Assembly: GCA_963749155.1 (NCBI GenBank)
Contig: CAVVLO010000004.1
Coordinates: 64,001 to 128,000 of the forward strand
DNA: 64,000 nt
Direction: 5' to 3'
Source: an uncultured Armatimonadia bacterium
GTDB lineage: Bacteria > Armatimonadota > Zipacnadia > CAVVLO01
Position numbers and translations under genes: made by a program
Notes under the pieces: model-generated
The model's database searches: none
What the model saw: only the letters and a program-made list of their open reading frames with translations
What the model was told of the DNA's origin: nothing
In this document: one piece after another, positions 1 through 10,544 of the stretch
Position numbering within the stretch: position 1 is the first letter of the stretch
Layout: each line of letters begins with the position of its first letter

Positions 1-2020
1 ACCGGCGTGGGCGTGGGCCTCGGTGAATACAGCAATCCCGAGTCTCGTCAGAAGGCCTGGCTGGAGCAACTGGTGCGGCTGCGGCCCGCCAAGCCCTTCA
101 TCAAGCCGGGAGGGTCAGTTGCGCTGGTTGGGATACCTGACAACCTCGGCTATCCGGTCTTTCCCGTGAACCAGTTCGAGACCCTCTGCGAGGTCGGCCC
201 GGTTACGGAAGGCCCAACCGGCGCGGCCTTCAAGGACTTGTCCCAGCCCGGTCAATATCGTGTGACAGGCAAGCTGCTGCCTCTTGGAATCACGCGGGAG
301 TCAGTGCTGACGGTCTCGCCGTGGGCAGCCGATGGGGGCGGGCCGGTGCCGAAGGGCTTCACCGATTTCGATGGAGATGGCGATCCCGACGCGCTGCGGA
401 CCACCATCCGGGGCTACGAGGTAATCCTCGTTGACGATGACGACGATATGACCTGGCAGACCACTGATCGTGACCTGGACAGCGATATGATTATCGTGGA
501 CAAAGACCGCGACCTGGTTTTCGATGGGCCGGATGATTTCTACTACGATGCGGCCGATCTGGATGGCGATGGCGACTGCGACATCGAATACTACAACGCC
601 AATCAGGTGCTGAAGACCTTCCTCGACCTCGATGACGACAATATTTTGACCGCCAGTCTCGACTGGACTGGTTTCAACTACGGCAACGAGATGAGCCATA
701 CCGGCATCACCAACTATGTGCAGGACTTCCACGGTAACGGCTATTTCCACAATGGGCGCATCACCTATCCCGACCTGCGCTACGCCTGGGAGACGCCCAT
801 CGGCTGGTACGACTTCAGCGGCAACGGCTACACTGACCTCGTGCAGCGGGTGACCGAACTGGGAGAGTGGGACAGCCGCGCCGAGGAGTTTGAATTGGCC
901 TTCAATATCGACGCCGACAGCGCCCCAGGCAACGAGTGCGACCTCGATTTTATGCTGACCTACCTGTCCTACAACCGGCACACGGGGCCCGAGTTCGACC
1001 TGGAGGAGGACTTTACAGCGCTGCGCGGGCTGCCAGAGGCCGACCTGCTGTTCACCGGCAACTTGCGCCTGAGGACGAATACAAAGCGCATCGTCTTCCC
1101 GTGGGCCTGGGGGTACGAGCTGGGCACTGGATGGCCCAACTGGGAGAACTGCTTCCTCATCTGGGATGAAGACGACGAGGACCCGCGCTGGGAGGAGATG
1201 TTCGGCCTGAACGAGAGCTGGTCAGGCTATGCTGACCATGTGGGCGACCGGATCGAAGAGGATTTCGACTTCTCGGGCAAGGGGCAGCTTTATCGCGGCG
1301 CCTTCGATGGGCGCTGGCATCTCTTCGGGGCCGACAAAGCCGAATGGCTGGTGGACTACTGGGGCCTTTACCACGGCTGCATAGACCGCCAGGCGCCCGA
1401 AGACCTGCCCCTGCCGCCGGCCGGGCTTAATTTTCCCTGGGTAAAATACGAAGATATAAATAATAATGGGTATATTGACCGCCTAAGCTACGATGACGAC
1501 GGCGATCCTGCCACCTGGGAACGCGTTGTGGACCTGCTTCAGTATCGGCACTGACGTACAGCCTCTCTTCAGCCTGGCCCCCGAGGAGCCACTGCCCCGC
1601 GCGCGCACTGACAAGTGGCAAGGGCGGCAAACTCGAGATAACGAATAACGCCTGGAGCCGGCTGCATAAGCGTTATCTGGCGATGAGAGCGAAGCCGACT
1701 GGCAAGCGGCGCTGGCGCTGTACCAGGCCGCGAAAGAACGCGGTTGGACGACTTCAGAAGCTCTGCCTGAGTGCACTCTCCCCGCCGACCTGCCACTGGC
1801 AGACCGAGGCAAACAGACCACTTATCTGCTCGGGCCAGGCTATGCGGGGTTGCTGGCTCCCTCAACGCCAGCCCAAAAGGCCCGGAGCGCGTATTTCCTG
1901 AGGGAGAAAGTCTTTGCGGACGTGGTGCTTCACTTGCCGGAGGCCTCGCGAGCTGAAGCAGAACGACTCTTCTACACAGGGCAGTTGCAGGCTCTGGCAG
2001 CACTGATCGCACCAAAATAA
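1..2020 (+). CDS. Acidic hypothetical protein with repeated DxDxDG Ca-binding-type motifs (5' end probably outside window; 3' part frameshifted)
   Basis: ORF 7..1554 has DFDGDGDPD, DKDRDL, DLDGDGDCD, DFSGNG and DINNNGYID. Coding-like frames continue after 1554 (AWSRLHKRYLAM, ADWQAALALYQAAKERGW, GQLQALAALIAPK*) to a TAA at 2018-2020. Confidence 0.6.
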
Positions 2021-2052
2021 AAAAAAGGGGAGCGTCCTTCCGGGCGCTCCCC
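2017..2052 (-). terminator. Rho-independent terminator of the GH36 gene
   Basis: Minus strand reads GGGGAGCGCCC-GGAA-GGACGCTCCCC followed by a T-run, just downstream of the stop at 2076. Confidence 0.8.
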
Positions 2053-2075
2053 CTGCAGCTAACTGCTCCAGCTTC

Positions 2076-4622
2076 TCAGTCCAGCTTCTTGTAGATGAGC
2101 AGGCTCATCGTCTCGGCTTCGGGCAGGCTGACGGTCAAGCGAGCCAGGCGCTGGCCAGAGACGCGCTCTTTCTCGCCGAGCAGTGGCCATTCCAGCTCGT
2201 AGGTGCTGTCAGGATCGATCGCCTGCAAGCCAGCCTCGACAGCGGAATACGGACTGTCCGGCCTGCGGAACCACATCGCGAACCCCTCGCCCAGATCGGC
2301 CCTGTCGAGTTGCCAGGCCGCCCAGTCGCTCTTCATACTCGTAATCGGCGCCAGTGGATAATAGTCTCCAAGCCACAGGGGCCGCAGTCGCTTGGTCTCC
2401 CTGATACGCTCCTGGATGGCAGGAAGCTCGTTGGCCATCGGGATGGTATCCGGACAGATGCTTGTGCCGGTTGTGGCAACGCTCCACCAGGTATAAGGAT
2501 CGAATCTCCAGACCCCCGCCGCGTGCAAGGGCACGTAGAGCGACAGGCCAGCGGTTTGAGTCTGGTCCTGGATGGGCACCGCCTGGCCGCAGCATTGGGT
2601 ATCACTGCGCCAGAGGGGTACGCTGCGAGTGAGCAGCTCAAGCTCGATGCGACGCCCTCCGCTGCTGCAGTTGTCTATAGAGACACCGGGCCTCGCGTTC
2701 AGGATAGCATCCCACAGCCTGTAGAGCGCCTCGACATAACGTATCTCGGTGATGCCCTCGCGCTCGGGCTTGTCGGCGCCACGCCAGAAGCGAAGCGGAT
2801 CTATGTTGAAGTCGTTGCGGTAGACGTCAATCTCCCAGTCGCGCACGCAGGAGACCAGGTAATCGGTCAGCCAGCGTTCTGCCTCGGGATTGGACAAGTC
2901 GAAAAGGCCATCGCCAGGCCCGACCTCGACAAACTGCGCATCGTCCCGGTTGGCGCGCAGCACCCATTCGGGATGTTCGTTAGAGATGTGGGTGCCTGCT
3001 GAAACTCGCTCAGGCTCGAACCAGAGGACGACCTTCATATCTCGCTCGTGGGCAGCGCCGAAAACTGGCCCCAGTCCGTTCGGGAAGGCATCTTTGCGCG
3101 GGAACCAACTGCCCGCCCCGCTGGGCCAGCCTCCCTCGAACCAGCCCGCGTCCAGCCAGTAACCTTCGTTGCCCTGGCTTTCCATCTGAACGATGGAAGC
3201 GATCTGGTTGGCTTCGGTTACATCGTTGCCTGTGTTGCACGCGAACCAGGTGTTCTGATAAACAAGCGGCGTGACAGGGGCGCCTTCGACGCGCGGCACA
3301 TAATGGTCCACCAGCAGCCTGCGCATCAGGTTGTTGCCGTGCAAGGGTTCGGATCCAGCCCAGTTTACGACCAGCAGCCTGGGCGTCCTGACGGTCTCGC
3401 CAGGCTGAAGCCTGAAGCGCGCATATTGCTGACCTGCGGTAAGATTGAGCCCGGCATCGTCGCGCGCGACATCAAGTTGCCATTGCCCCGCCCAGCCAAT
3501 CGCAACCGTCAGGCCTCCCTGCACGGTCGCCAGATTGAAGAAAGGCAGCACGCCATCGCTTGGGCGGCCCCCATTGGGCTTCAGGCTCAGCGTTTTACCG
3601 CGCTCGAGTTTGGTCTCCATCGGGATGAAGTCGGTCTCGGTGCAGGTACTTCCATAGGAATGGTGCAACACCGCCTCGTTGAGCGCATTAGTCTGGAGGC
3701 GCACATCGAGGGGCCGGATGGTCTCGAGCAAGGCACTGGGGCTCTGGCCCAGGTTGGAGAACTCCAGCACCCAGTCCACAGCGGGATAGTCGTGATAGAG
3801 CTTGCCCAGATAGCGCACCTGAAGGTTGCCATCAGGCGAAGTGAAAGCTACATCGATATACTCGATTTCGCCGATCTGCTGCTGGCGAGTGACTTCTTTT
3901 TTCCAGCCTGAGAGAAATTCGCTCGAACTGACCCCATCAGCGAGGAAGGAGAAGGGCAATCCGGCGCTTAGACTGGCAGGAGGACGGGTGATTGGCAAAT
4001 CGTCCAGCCACAGTGTATCGCCTTTGGTTAGCTCGACTTGAGCATCACACCAGTCGGCCTGATCCCAGCCTGGGCCATCGCCCCCATCGCTTACGCGCAG
4101 CACCAGAGTGGAGGCGTTATCCAACTCGACATCCACAGCCAGCGCGTCTTCGGGGCAGGTCCGGAGGCCAGAGCGCCAGACCTCCACGCCGTCGGCCTCG
4201 AGGCTGAACTCGACGCTGCCTCGCACGCCTCCCGTGTTGTTGTTGTTGTCCACGCCCACCTCGGCAAGAAAGCGCCTGGCAGGGCTGGGCAGGCTGACCC
4301 GGATGACACTGACCGCGTGGGTACCGAAGCCGCGCTCGTATTTGCGCGAGCCCAGCGTGAGCGGCGTGCCCCAGACCGAAGCGCCCAGGTTGAACTCGCC
4401 GTAGTCTTGCTGGATCAGTTCCACCCCAGGGAGCACTGGCAGTGGCTCGGAGGGCTCTCCAAGCAGCGTCTGACGCACCCAGCCAGCATTTTGATCGATC
4501 TCATGGCCTTCGGGACTGCCCCCTGAAGAGGCCAGGGCAAAGCAGGCCAGTCCTGTCAGGAGCGCAAAGGCTGCAAGTATCATCTCGGTGTTCCTCCTCA
4601 TATGACGCCACTCCTTTTCCAA
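2076..4622 (-). CDS. Alpha-galactosidase, GH36, with N-terminal NPCBM/NEW2 domain and signal peptide (true start probably near 4601 or later)
   Basis: NPCBM motifs (RGFGTHA, FLAEVGVD, DQADW) and GH36 motifs WLDAGWF, LWFEPE, YRNDFN, NCSSGGRR, WRSD. Confidence 0.9.
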   Translation of the reverse strand: MEKEWRHMRRNTEMILAAFALLTGLACFALASSGGSPEGHEIDQNAGWVRQTLLGEPSEPLPVLPGVELIQQDYGEFNLGASVWGTPLTLGSRKYERGFGTHAVSVIRVSLPSPARRFLAEVGVDNNNNTGGVRGSVEFSLEADGVEVWRSGLRTCPEDALAVDVELDNASTLVLRVSDGGDGPGWDQADWCDAQVELTKGDTLWLDDLPITRPPASLSAGLPFSFLADGVSSSEFLSGWKKEVTRQQQIGEIEYIDVAFTSPDGNLQVRYLGKLYHDYPAVDWVLEFSNLGQSPSALLETIRPLDVRLQTNALNEAVLHHSYGSTCTETDFIPMETKLERGKTLSLKPNGGRPSDGVLPFFNLATVQGGLTVAIGWAGQWQLDVARDDAGLNLTAGQQYARFRLQPGETVRTPRLLVVNWAGSEPLHGNNLMRRLLVDHYVPRVEGAPVTPLVYQNTWFACNTGNDVTEANQIASIVQMESQGNEGYWLDAGWFEGGWPSGAGSWFPRKDAFPNGLGPVFGAAHERDMKVVLWFEPERVSAGTHISNEHPEWVLRANRDDAQFVEVGPGDGLFDLSNPEAERWLTDYLVSCVRDWEIDVYRNDFNIDPLRFWRGADKPEREGITEIRYVEALYRLWDAILNARPGVSIDNCSSGGRRIELELLTRSVPLWRSDTQCCGQAVPIQDQTQTAGLSLYVPLHAAGVWRFDPYTWWSVATTGTSICPDTIPMANELPAIQERIRETKRLRPLWLGDYYPLAPITSMKSDWAAWQLDRADLGEGFAMWFRRPDSPYSAVEAGLQAIDPDSTYELEWPLLGEKERVSGQRLARLTVSLPEAETMSLLIYKKLD

Positions 4623-4632
4623 CTGGCGCGAT

Positions 4633-4659
4633 GTTCGCCAAAATAGAATCTCCCCCTGC
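4633..4659 (-). promoter_or_regulatory. SigH-like promoter motif for the GH36 gene
   Basis: Minus strand GCAGGG-N17-GAAC. An overlapping plus-strand GCAGGA...GAAT with 20-nt spacing (4658-4687) faces the GH2 gene. Confidence 0.55.
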
Positions 4660-4705
4660 AGGAAGAGCGCGCCTGGCCGAGTCGAATATTCAGCAGGTGA
4701 TAAAA

Positions 4706-7700
4706 ATGGAAGTTTCCGTCCTGATTGTAATAGGGCTCTGCCTGCTAGCCGCGCTTAATGGCTTGGCCCAGCCCTTGTCCGAACTACCTGCCGGCTATCA
4801 GTTGCAGGTCTTCGAGGATTGCGGCCTGCCGACGCGCCAACCGCATGTGACCCAGAGCTATGGTATGCACACTTTTTCCGAGGCTAGCGTGGCCGGCACT
4901 CTGACCGAGCGCAGCATCGCCTTCGACTTCAAGAGGCTGGAACTGACTTTTGAGGGGCTGCATCCAGTCCTGCCTTATGTGCTGGCAATCACCTGGACGA
5001 CTGAGCGCGGCAATCCACGCATGCAGAGCCTCTTCGTGGACGACATCCCTCTTCTGGAAAGCTATTCCGTACCCGATGGGCAGGCCGAGCGCCTGCTCTT
5101 CAACGTGCCAGAGCAGGCTTTGGCCGACGGCAAACTGGTAATCGCGACCACGCTGGTCTCGGGCCACAACGCGGTGATGTCGGCTGTCGAGCTTTGGGCG
5201 CCGACTGAATCGCCTCCGGCCTTGTATCTGGAAGCCGCGGGCAGCGCGGTCGGGCGGCTGTCGGGGCAGGTCTCGGGCCTCGATTGGCAAGGCCTGGCTG
5301 GGGCGGAAGTGACCGTCACCTCGGGCGGTAAAGAGCTCGCAAACGCCACGACCGGCCCGGAGGGGTTGTTCAGCTTCGGCACCAACCAGTGGGCAATTGA
5401 AATAGAGGCGATGTTGACTGTGACCGCGCGCAAAGAGGGACTTGAAGAATCAGTTGAAATTGAGGCTTCATCGCTCGTGATGCCGGAGCCAGTTTTCCGC
5501 CCGATGGCAGAGGAGCGGCTTTCTCTTGAGGGCGAGTGGCTTGCCCAGCCTGAGCCACAGGGCGACTGGCAGCACGGCGCAACCGAGGGCTGGAAGGCGT
5601 ACCAGGTGCCTGGGCAGCTCTTGCAGCAGGGATTCGAGTTTGACCCGAAGCTGCCGGTCGGGCTGGTGAAGTGGTTCGAAGCACCGGCTGACTGGCAGGG
5701 CAAGCGAGTGTTCGTGCGGTTCGAGGCGGTGCACGGCGGGGCGGAATATTGGCTAAATGGCGTGAAGCTGGGCGAATCGAGCCGGATAGCGACGCCCGTT
5801 GATTTCGAGCTGACCGAGGCCCTGCGCTTCGATGCGCCAAATGGGCTGGCTGTCTCCCTGGTGATGGACACGATATCCGAGCAGCTCTCCTTTATGTCGG
5901 GCTATGCCTTCCACCCGCTGGCTGGGCTGCCGCGCGCGGTGACCCTCTTCGCGCTGCCCGAGGCGCATATCGAGCGCTTGCACCACACGACCCTGCTTGA
6001 TGGAGAGTACCGGGATGCGGTGTTGCAGGTCGTGTGCGAGCTGGACGAGGGAAAGCAGGCCGGGCAAGATTTTTCGCTCGAGGTAGAGCTGCAAGCGCCT
6101 GACGGCTCTCTGGTTCCACTACCGACCAAGGCCTTCCCAATCGAGTGGGGCCGGATTAAGCTTAACCTGCTGGTCGAGGATCCCTTGAAATGGAGCGCCG
6201 AGAAACCCTGGCTGTATACGCTCAAAGTAAAACTGCTGCGCGGAGACAAAAAAATTGAGACTCAGACCCAGCGTGTGGGCTTCCGCAGCGTTGAGGTAAA
6301 AGGCGAACGATTGCTCGTGAACGGCGCGCCGGTGAAGCTGGCAGGCGTGAACCGCCATGAGATTGACCCGCTGACCGGACGGGCGGCGACGGCGAAGTGG
6401 GCCGAACTGGATGCGCGCTTGTTCAAAGCGGCCGCGGTTAACTACGTGCGCACCTCGCATTATCCGCCGACCAAGGAGTGGCTGGAGGCCTGCGATGAGC
6501 TGGGCCTTTATGTCGAGGTGGAAGCGCCCTTCTGCTGGACGCGCAGGTCGGAGCAGGATGATCCGGCTGCCGAGGCGCTTTTCCTCGACCCAACCTCGGC
6601 GATGGTGGAGTTCTACCGCGACCACCCGAGTTGCATCCTCTGGTCCTTGGGCAATGAGTCAGGCTATACCTCCGATGGACCTAACGAACTGCCGCCCAAT
6701 TACCGGACCAGCCTGCGTCTTGTGCGCAGGGCCGACACTAGCCGGCCGGTCGTCTTCAACAACGAGTGGGGCTATGATGGCGGACGCTCAGACCTGCTGG
6801 ACCTGCACTATCCCCTGATCCCATATATGGAATACAAGCCGGTCGTCGAGGATGGCAAGCGGCCTGTGCTGATGGGCGAGTTCTTCCCCATTATGAGTTG
6901 CCACTACAAGACGCAGCTTGCGGTGGACCCAGGCGTACGCGCCGACCTCACCGTCGGGATGAACAATCCAGATAATCACTGGTGCGAGGTCATCCGGGAG
7001 CCGCGGCTGGCAGGCGGAGCTATCTGGGCTGCTATTGATGATGATTTCTTCCTGCCTGATGGACGCCGGGTGGGGTATGGAGAATGGGGCATCCAGGATG
7101 TGTGGCGGCGCGTGATGCCTGACGCCTGGCTGGTGAAGTCGGTCTACACACCCGTCTGGATTGCTCCCAGGCAGGTAGACTTCGAGCCAGGGCAGCAAGA
7201 GGTCATCTTGCCGATTGAGAACCGCTACTCCTTCACCGACCTGTCCGAGCTGGCCTGCAAGTGGGAAGTGGCGGGCAAGAGCGGCACTCTGAAGCTCTCG
7301 CTGCCACCGCTCTCCCAAGGCGAGCTGACCGTGCCACTGCCAGAGGGCGTAGAGCCAGGCGCGCTGCTGGTGCTGAGCTTCACCGACCAGGAAGGGCGAC
7401 CTCGTTATCGCGCGCGGAGTGAGACTTGGGGGCGAGCCCCCTGCCCAGCCCAGCGGGGCCAATGCCAGGCGCGCCGGAACTTACCGAGACGACGGACGAC
7501 CTACACGGTCACTGGCGCAGGGTTCAGCTTTAGCCTGGACAAGCTACCGGAACGCTTACAGCGGGGTCAGGTTGCGCGCTTGAGGACTTTCCCTGCGCTT
7601 CATCTTTCGAGGCGCGAGGACAGGGGCATCTTCTGGCCGACAGCGCTTGAGTACAAGGAGCTGCCGGACCGCGCGAGCCGGGTTGTGGAGGGCATCGAGG

Positions 7701-8280
7701 CAAAGCAGACACCAGAGGGATTGCTGCTGACGGTGCGCGACCGGTATGAAGACTTCGCAGGTCAGGTGGACTGGCTGCTGGACAAGTCCGGCAGGTGCAA
7801 AGTGAGTTTCGATTATGAATACATGGGAGAACCGCTCAATACGCGTGAAGTGGGCATCCGGCTGGTGCTGAAGCCAGACTGCCAGAGGCTCTCGTGGCAG
7901 CGTCAGAGCGAGTGGGACGTCTATCCGGAAGGCGATCTCTTCCGCGCCGAAGGGCAGGCTAGCGCCCACCGCCGGGGAACATGAAGCCCGACGACCCGAG
8001 TGTGCCACCGAGTTGGCCCTGGGTGCTGGATGAGAGTGAACGGGGGACGAAAGACTTCCGCGCGAGCAGGCTGGGTATGGTAGAAGCGAGGCTGGAGAAC
8101 GCCGCCGGGCAGGGCCTGGAGCTGCTCGCAGCCGGAGACAGGGGCGCGCGGGCCTGCCTTGCGCCCGAAGGTGTCTGGTGGCAACTGCTGATGCCGACCT
8201 CGCCTTATCTCGCGCCAGGCCAGCGTATAAAGGGTGAGTTCGTTATCCAGCTTCAGGGGGAGGCAATATGCGCTGGCTGA
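4706..8280 (+). CDS. GH2 beta-galactosidase-like glycoside hydrolase, secreted and multidomain (frameshifted near 7400-7550 and 7980)
   Basis: GH2 motifs RFEAV, GFRSVE, GVNRHE, RTSHYP, WSLGNES, MGEF. ATG at 4706 starts a signal peptide. ORF 7981..8280 looks like the C-terminal continuation. Confidence 0.85.
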
Positions 8281-10544
8281 CACTAGGACTAATACTTGCG
8301 ACCAGGGCCCTTGTTTGGGCGGCGTCAGCCCCCCATTGGGAGCCGCTAGGCGAGCCTGGCTGCGGCGGATGGCTGACGGCAATAAGTGTCAGTCCCCACG
8401 ATGCAAAACGGGTACTACTCGGTGGGGATCTGCTGGGACTCGGCCTTTCGCTTGACGGGGGCGACCACTGGCTGCCAACCTTCGGGCTGAAGAGCTGGGA
8501 GATCGGCGACTTCAACTGGTTAAGGACCGAGCCGCTTACTGTCTGGGCGGGCACCGTGAGTGGGCCATACGTCAGTCTGGACGGTGGTCTCAACTGGCAA
8601 GAACGCCGCCAGGGCTTCCCCCCGATCGAAGAGTGGAGCTACAGTGCGCCCATCGAAGACGTGCTTTTCGACCCAACCAATATGGAGCGGCTACTTGCTT
8701 TCGGAGGGTCGAGTCGCAACTGGGAGACGCCGACCGGCTCACCACGCTGGGGTGCTGTATGGGAATCACTGGACGCGGGCGAGTCGTGGCAGTTGCTGAC
8801 CACCCTGACACCCGAAGGCGCGACCACTGATCCCGAGGCGCGCGGGGTGAACCTGCCGGATGCAACCTTTGGCGCCGGGCCGACTTTCCGACTATATGTC
8901 GTGATGCGGGGCGTCGGCCTGTGGTCAAGTGAGGATGGTGGCCAGACCTGGCAGCGCCGAGACGAAGGCCTGCCGGCAGGGAGCCTTGAGCGCGTTATTG
9001 CCGACCCAAGCGATCCTGACAAACTCTGGGTCGCAGCCAACCGTTTCAAGCTAGAGGGAGAGGCCAACTGGAGGCCAGGGGGCATCTATAAAAGTACCGA
9101 CAGTGGTCAGACGTGGGCGGAAGCCAGCGAGGGGCTCTCCCAGCGCAGTTGCCCCGAGGAGGTGCTAGCCAGTGGCTTCAAAGCGCTTTCCGCCTGTGCC
9201 TCGATCCCTGAGGTAATGGTCACAGGCGATCTCAGCTACTGGACCAATGGCGTCTTTGTCAGCCGCGATGGCGGGGCAAGTTGGCGCGGCGTGGCAAGCA
9301 AGGCGCGCTTCTCTCCCGATGACGTAGATCGCGAATCTCGCAAGCTGGCAGGCGCCTTCGTGCCCGAGACGGCCTACTTCGCAGGGCTGAACGCGACCTG
9401 TTCGTGCATCGCGCCAAACGATGCCAACACTCTCTATGTCGCTGGCAGCGAGTATGTGCTGCGCAGCCGAGATGGAGGGACAACCTGGGAAGATGTGACT
9501 TCTGAGCGCATCAAGCAAAGCTGGCGAGGCAGAGGTTACAGCGGGCTGTGCGCAACGAATTTCCATTTTGACCCACGCAAGCGGGGGCGCAGCTTCCTGC
9601 AAGCGATGGACGTGGGCCGCGCATGGATCAGCGAGGACGGATTACACAGTTGGCGCTATTGCTCGACTGATCCCTCCCCCTGGAACGCCGGCAACGACGT
9701 AGCTTTTGCTGGAACTGACGGCGTCTACCTAAGCACCGGGCAGTTCGGCAGCGGCGGAGCGGTGCTGAGAAGCAAAGACCTGGTCCAATTCGAGTATCTT
9801 GCCGGGCCAGAAAACGGCCTTCCCTCGCCCAGTGGGCAAGGGGAGGCGCAAGGCATCTACTGCCTGCCCGACCGGCCCGAGTATGTATGGGTAATCTTCG
9901 GGGGGGAGTTGTATGCCTCTGATGACTCGGGCGACCACTGGCGACCTGTAGAAGGCCTCTCTGGCAAGTTAGGCTGGATAGTGGCCGACCCGAAGAAGCC
10001 GGAGCGGTTCTTTATCTCGGGCGACCTGACCTGCTGGCTGACTGAGGACGGTGGAGTCACTTTCACCCCAATTGGCGGGCCGCAAGTGGCCGGAAGGGTA
10101 ACCTGCGATTCACTCGGGCGCTTTTACGTAGCGGCCTGGCGAGGCAAGCGGGCAGGGCTGTGGCGCTGGGAGGAGGCCTCTGGCTGGCGCAGGCTGTGGG
10201 ACGAATACTACCTTGCCGGTGTTGCTGTAGATCCGAAAGATCCTGACCGCATTGCGGTCATCGACGACGACAACCCCTTCCACGACATCTGCTACGCTCG
10301 AGGCGTGTGGCTTTCGGCCGATGGTGGAGCAACGTGGGGTCCGGCGAACGAGGGCCTCTCGGTCACACGCGGGCCAGCACTCGCTTACGATCCCTTCGAC
10401 CCGGAGCAACTGGTGGTGGGCACTGAGGGACGCGGCTACTGGAAGGCACGGTGGGCGAAGGACTGGCAGCCAGAAGGCATCGAGAGCTACAATTCCACCC
10501 CGGAGGACGCCGTCTTCGCGGCCTGGAAGCCCGCAGGGGGCTAG
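8268..10544 (+). CDS. Secreted BNR/Asp-box beta-propeller protein (GH74/VPS10-like)
   Basis: Repeated SxDxGxxW boxes (SLDGGDHW, SLDGGLNW, SLDAGESW, SEDGGQTW, STDSGQTW, SRDGGASW, SRDGGTTW, SDDSGDHW, SADGGATW) and a signal peptide. Confidence 0.85.
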   Translation: MRWLTLGLILATRALVWAASAPHWEPLGEPGCGGWLTAISVSPHDAKRVLLGGDLLGLGLSLDGGDHWLPTFGLKSWEIGDFNWLRTEPLTVWAGTVSGPYVSLDGGLNWQERRQGFPPIEEWSYSAPIEDVLFDPTNMERLLAFGGSSRNWETPTGSPRWGAVWESLDAGESWQLLTTLTPEGATTDPEARGVNLPDATFGAGPTFRLYVVMRGVGLWSSEDGGQTWQRRDEGLPAGSLERVIADPSDPDKLWVAANRFKLEGEANWRPGGIYKSTDSGQTWAEASEGLSQRSCPEEVLASGFKALSACASIPEVMVTGDLSYWTNGVFVSRDGGASWRGVASKARFSPDDVDRESRKLAGAFVPETAYFAGLNATCSCIAPNDANTLYVAGSEYVLRSRDGGTTWEDVTSERIKQSWRGRGYSGLCATNFHFDPRKRGRSFLQAMDVGRAWISEDGLHSWRYCSTDPSPWNAGNDVAFAGTDGVYLSTGQFGSGGAVLRSKDLVQFEYLAGPENGLPSPSGQGEAQGIYCLPDRPEYVWVIFGGELYASDDSGDHWRPVEGLSGKLGWIVADPKKPERFFISGDLTCWLTEDGGVTFTPIGGPQVAGRVTCDSLGRFYVAAWRGKRAGLWRWEEASGWRRLWDEYYLAGVAVDPKDPDRIAVIDDDNPFHDICYARGVWLSADGGATWGPANEGLSVTRGPALAYDPFDPEQLVVGTEGRGYWKARWAKDWQPEGIESYNSTPEDAVFAAWKPAGG

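Noticed and set aside
4442..4705. N-terminal extensions in the ORF track (also 27715-28014, 53934-54002, 47156-47215)
   Set aside because: They overlap neighbouring genes or promoter motifs. Downstream starts with an RBS or signal peptide fit better.
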